A stretch of 1,820 nt of DNA from Naegleria gruberi (lineage: Eukaryota), in the NCBI GenBank assembly GCA_000004985.1, contig GG739324.1. One strand, given 5' to 3'. A program made the translations under genes and the position numbers. Each line of letters begins with the position of its first letter. Position 1 is the first letter of the stretch. Of the stretch, positions 1-1,820 are shown one piece after another. The notes under the pieces are model-generated. The model was not told the origin of the DNA. It was given only the letters and a program-made list of their open reading frames with translations, and ran no database searches.

Positions 1-169
1 GTTTCTCTCTTTTCACGTAACAGTAAGCATTGGCACGATCATTTAATTGTTCAATTCTATTCAAAACATCGAGAATTACATCTTTTGGAGAGAGGGAAAG
101 TGAACGAAACCTTTCTAACATTTCTGATGCTGTTAGAAAGCACAATCTCTTATCTGTTGGTTGAGACAT
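1..169 (-). CDS. 5' exon of an amidase-signature family enzyme (fatty-acid amide hydrolase / Glu-tRNA amidotransferase A-like). Partial: it continues beyond the window start.
   Basis: The reverse complement of 169..2 reads ATG TCT CAA CCA ... with no stop. It translates to MSQPTDKRLCFLTASEMLERFRSLSLSPKDVILDVLNRIEQLNDRANAYCYVKREK. The stretch T-A-x-E-L..(F/I)R.G.LSP.DV......RI...N...NA(Y/F) fits the conserved N-terminal helix region of amidase-signature proteins (Pfam Amidase family). ATG 169..167 is the first Met after an in-frame upstream stop at 226..224. The start context aataataaaaaaATG is A-rich and has no SD. The ORF track omits it because it is only 56 codons in the window and has no stop. 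Confidence 0.6.
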   Translation of the reverse strand, partial: MSQPTDKRLCFLTASEMLERFRSLSLSPKDVILDVLNRIEQLNDRANAYCYVKREK

Positions 170-341
170 TTTTTTATTATTGTGAAATATCCTGCCAGAC
201 AGGCGGGGGGAGACAACCTGGCTTCAGCTACCACTAGGGAGGGTCATTTCCCGCCTTTCCTTTTTTGTCATATGATCAACAACTAAATATTCAAATAAAA
301 ACATCAGATTACCAACAACCAACAACAAAACACACCAAACC
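170..341. promoter_or_regulatory. Divergent intergenic/promoter region between the minus-strand amidase gene and the plus-strand ORFs. It contains two inverted GC-box-like hexamers.
   Basis: This is the only GC-rich patch in the window, 197-260. It reads agacaGGCGGGgggagacaacctggcttcagctaccactagggagggtcatttCCCGCCtttcc. GGCGGG at 205-210 and CCCGCC at 250-255 are reverse complements, and together form an aggcggg / cccgcct 7-bp inverted repeat (203-209 / 250-256). A T-run (170-176) and a T/C-run (257-267) flank it. Any function is inferred only. Confidence 0.3.
311..341 (+). repeat. CA-rich (CAA/CCAA)n-like low-complexity tract immediately 5' of ATG 342.
   Basis: The sequence accaacaaccaacaacaaaacacaccaaacc has no G or T over 31 nt. 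It abuts catgatcc. Confidence 0.7.
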
Positions 342-524
342 ATGATCCTCTCCGCAGTTACTGAACATCTAACTCATGTTCGATTCATATTTTGGTTGTT
401 CGAGTATTTGTTGGAACTGAATCAACGTTAAAAACAATTCAAAGTTGAAATAAATAAAAATTGTTTGGGGATTACTGATTATGATAAATTCGATATATTA
501 TTGGATGTTGAAAAGAACAAAGTA

Positions 525-1082
525 ATGGATGGAAGTGGGAAAATAGCTGGCACTATTGTAAATAAATGTTTACGTTCTATTGACTGCACAAAAATTCACA
601 ACAAAAACAGAAAATCTGACTCGTGCGTGAAGTGTTGTGATTTGAAAAGCAAGCTAGATACAAATCTCCAAAAAGTTCATAAAATTCTAGAAAATCCAAA
701 TACTCTTCCTCCTTATTCATCCATAATACCATATCCTCAAGTCATGTATCAACTATTACGTGAAACTACGAAAGCTTTGGGAAAGTGTGAGCCCAGTAAC
801 TTTGAAACAAAAATAATAGAATCATTAAGGAAGGCCAAAGCACAATATGAGATTAATTCAAGTCTTAAATCAAAACATATTAAAATGAACAAAGATCCAA
901 CAATTGAAAATAAGCAATGTGAGCAAGAATTACTTGAAAATGAGCAAGAATTAATTGAAAATGAGCAAGAATTCATTGAAAAAGATACTGATCAATCCAA
1001 ACAATCCAAAAAAACTGATAGATACACACACGTTCCACCTCAAAAACAAAATGGGAGACAGGTGAAATGTTTAAAAATCTAA
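525..1082 (+). CDS. Lys/Glu-rich orphan protein with an N-terminal Cys cluster and a C-terminal heptad-repeat (coiled-coil-like) segment. It may be a single exon.
   Basis: The 618-nt open frame at 465..1082 has p of roughly 1e-5 for this AT content. The track start at 465 is a TTG, a prokaryotic start rule. The first in-frame ATG is 525..527 (gtaATGg) and the stop TAA is 1080..1082. The in-frame stop upstream is 429..431. The frame keeps the 21-bp repeats as exact 7-codon units. I recognise no homology. The product is lysine-rich and probably disordered. Its C-terminus is basic (KQSKKTDRYTHVPPQKQNGRQVKCLKI). Confidence 0.5.
   Translation: MDGSGKIAGTIVNKCLRSIDCTKIHNKNRKSDSCVKCCDLKSKLDTNLQKVHKILENPNTLPPYSSIIPYPQVMYQLLRETTKALGKCEPSNFETKIIESLRKAKAQYEINSSLKSKHIKMNKDPTIENKQCEQELLENEQELIENEQEFIEKDTDQSKQSKKTDRYTHVPPQKQNGRQVKCLKI
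921..983 (+). repeat. Three tandem 21-bp repeats, in frame (7 codons each). An upstream degenerate fourth copy lies at about 900-920.
   Basis: The units are gagcaagaattacttgaaaat (921-941), gagcaagaattaattgaaaat (942-962) and gagcaagaattcattgaaaaa (963-983). They differ at only 1-3 positions. They encode EQELLEN / EQELIEN / EQEFIEK. The sequence 900-920 (caattgaaaataagcaatgt) resembles the unit's 3' half plus its 5' half. Confidence 0.9.
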
Positions 1083-1260
1083 AGTTTACAATGTGAAAGG
1101 TTCGTTTTTGATGTCAGTGAAGTTTTGAATAACTTTTTACATTATGGAAATTTTACCAATTTGCTTTTTACCCAGCATTATTGTAACATTTAAGGTCTCG
1201 AACTACAGTAAAGCTGTGGACGAATGGTTTCGAATAATAGTCAACATGACTTTGACAATC

Positions 1261-1309
1261 TAAAAAAGGCAACCAAAAAAAATTAAAAACCAAAAAACAG
1301 TTAAAAGAA
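1261..1309 (+). promoter_or_regulatory. A-rich leader (5'UTR / proximal promoter) directly upstream of ATG 1310.
   Basis: The sequence taaaaaaggcaaccaaaaaaaattaaaaaccaaaaaacagttaaaagaa is over 75% A. It ends in an A-rich start context, with no SD-like GGAGG. The only AG before the ATG (aaaacag, 1294-1300) lacks a polypyrimidine tract, so a splice acceptor is not supported. Confidence 0.3.
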
Positions 1310-1820
1310 ATGACAACACTCCATCTCTCTGACTTTCTACCTCTGCAACCAATGCTTAGAGATAAATTATCTTCAAATCAACGAAATAGAATTTCATTTT
1401 CTGCAAATTTCGAACAAATTCATTCTTTAGGTCAAGAAGATTCGGATTCTTATAGATTTTCTTATCCGAAAGATGTGAAAATTTCATATCGGATGGGAAT
1501 TGTGTTTGTGAGTGATTTTGGAAATCGAAAAATTGCACTTTTCAATTTATTTACAAAAATGTTTCTCTATTCGATAGAGTTGGACGAAAGTCCACAATGC
1601 CTAGCTGTGGATGAAGACGATTTTGACAACTTGTTCATCACTTTGAGTTTTACAAAAGTGTGCAAATTGAGAATTTGGCTCATGTTAGATGATGTAAAAT
1701 ATACGAAAGTATGGGAAAGAGGAGAAAAGGCAAAGAACTTTCGTCAAGTGAGACAAGAATTGAATTTGGACGAAATAGATCTTGCTTCTGATGTGGAAAC
1801 TGCCATTCAACAACCTTCAC
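1310..1820 (+). CDS. 5' part of a protein with NHL-repeat-like / six-bladed beta-propeller-like motifs. 3'-partial: it continues past the window end.
   Basis: Frame 2 is open from the stop 1253..1255 to the window end. ATG 1310..1312 sits in the context aaaagaaATGa. A second in-frame ATG is at 1352. There are 170 codons in the window and no stop. At least 6 out-of-frame TAG/TAA triplets are avoided. The translation is MTTLHLSDFLPLQPMLRDKLSSNQRNRISFSANFEQIHSLGQEDSDSYRFSYPKDVKISYRMGIVFVSDFGNRKIALFNLFTKMFLYSIELDESPQCLAVDEDDFDNLFITLSFTKVCKLRIWLMLDDVKYTKVWERGEKAKNFRQVRQELNLDEIDLASDVETAIQQPS. The segment PKDVKISYRMGIVFVSDFGNRKIALF fits the NHL consensus P.G(V/I)A(V/I)D..G.(I/L)(Y/F)V(A/S)D..N.R(I/V)..F. 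A second, weaker copy is PQCLAVDEDDFDNLFIT. The antisense strand is closed by stops: minus frames at the right edge stop within 26 codons. The ORF track omits it because it has no stop in the window. Confidence 0.55.
   Translation, partial: MTTLHLSDFLPLQPMLRDKLSSNQRNRISFSANFEQIHSLGQEDSDSYRFSYPKDVKISYRMGIVFVSDFGNRKIALFNLFTKMFLYSIELDESPQCLAVDEDDFDNLFITLSFTKVCKLRIWLMLDDVKYTKVWERGEKAKNFRQVRQELNLDEIDLASDVETAIQQPS

Noticed and set aside
1-237. Plus-strand frame-1 open reading frame entering from the left edge (78 codons to the TAG at 235-237)
   Set aside because: It is antisense to the amidase-like exon. Its product, ...FLTFLMLLESTISYLLVETFFYYCEISCQTGGGRQPGFSYH, has no recognisable features and runs through the GC island. 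The minus-strand reading has a clear family match and a defined ATG.
294-299. Canonical AATAAA hexamer
   Set aside because: There is no upstream plus-strand gene to polyadenylate here. It lies in the divergent promoter spacer. On the minus strand it reads TTTATT. It is most likely a chance occurrence in AT-rich DNA.
376-392. tRNA T-loop-like motifs gttcgattc (376-392) and ggtttcgaat (1226-1236)
   Set aside because: Flanking bases cannot form a 5-bp T-stem (3 bp at best). No acceptor, D or anticodon arms can be drawn. These are isolated TTCGA(T/A)T words.
465-524. TTG start codon used by the ORF track for the 205-aa ORF
   Set aside because: TTG initiation is a prokaryotic calling rule. In this eukaryote-like context the first in-frame ATG (525) is the defensible start, unless an upstream exon is spliced in.
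749-976. 75-aa minus-strand ORF (MNSCSFSINSCSFSSNSCSH...) from the track
   Set aside because: It is the antisense reading of the 21-bp tandem repeat and the surrounding K/E-rich coding sequence. The NSCSFS periodicity simply mirrors the repeat. It has no independent start context or other support.
1076-1082. C-terminal CLKI as a CaaX prenylation box
   Set aside because: The a2 position is Lys, not aliphatic, so it does not fit the CaaX consensus. The resemblance is likely coincidental.
1240-1256. Small hairpin gtcaa-catgact-ttgac
   Set aside because: The stem is only 5 bp, with 2 GC pairs. It is followed by an A-run, not a U-run. It is expected by chance and not a credible terminator or structured RNA.
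1356-1538. 60-aa minus-strand ORF from the track
   Set aside because: It lies entirely inside, and antisense to, the much longer untracked plus-strand ORF 1310-1820+. It is short, with a hydrophobic, low-information product.
1-1820. Possibility of a prokaryotic defence system, CRISPR array or mobile element
   Set aside because: No direct-repeat/spacer periodicity, no terminal inverted repeats or target-site duplications, no transposase/integrase-like ORFs, no SD-led operon. Sequence organisation is eukaryotic.

Overview
The window is AT-rich (about 65%) and reads as eukaryotic nuclear DNA, most plausibly nematode-like. No start codon has a Shine-Dalgarno box, the ATG contexts are A-rich, the 3' flank is T-rich, and intergenic spacers are about 230-350 bp. 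I support three protein-coding segments. Two of them are absent from the supplied ORF track because they run off the window edges.

(1) Minus strand, 169 down to below 1: the N-terminal exon of an amidase-signature (FAAH/GatA-like) enzyme.

(2) Plus strand, 465/525 to 1082: a lysine/glutamate-rich orphan protein. It has an N-terminal Cys cluster and three perfect in-frame 21-bp tandem repeats that encode heptads.

(3) Plus strand, 1310 to beyond 1820: an open frame of at least 170 codons with NHL/beta-propeller-like repeat motifs, preceded by an A-rich leader.

Genes (1) and (2) are divergent. They share a spacer that holds the only GC-rich patch in the window, two inverted GC-box-like hexamers. 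I see no CRISPR array, RNA gene, transposon ends or prokaryotic defence-style operon. The most useful results are the two untracked edge ORFs and the repeat/Cys-cluster orphan. I do not claim a novel system.
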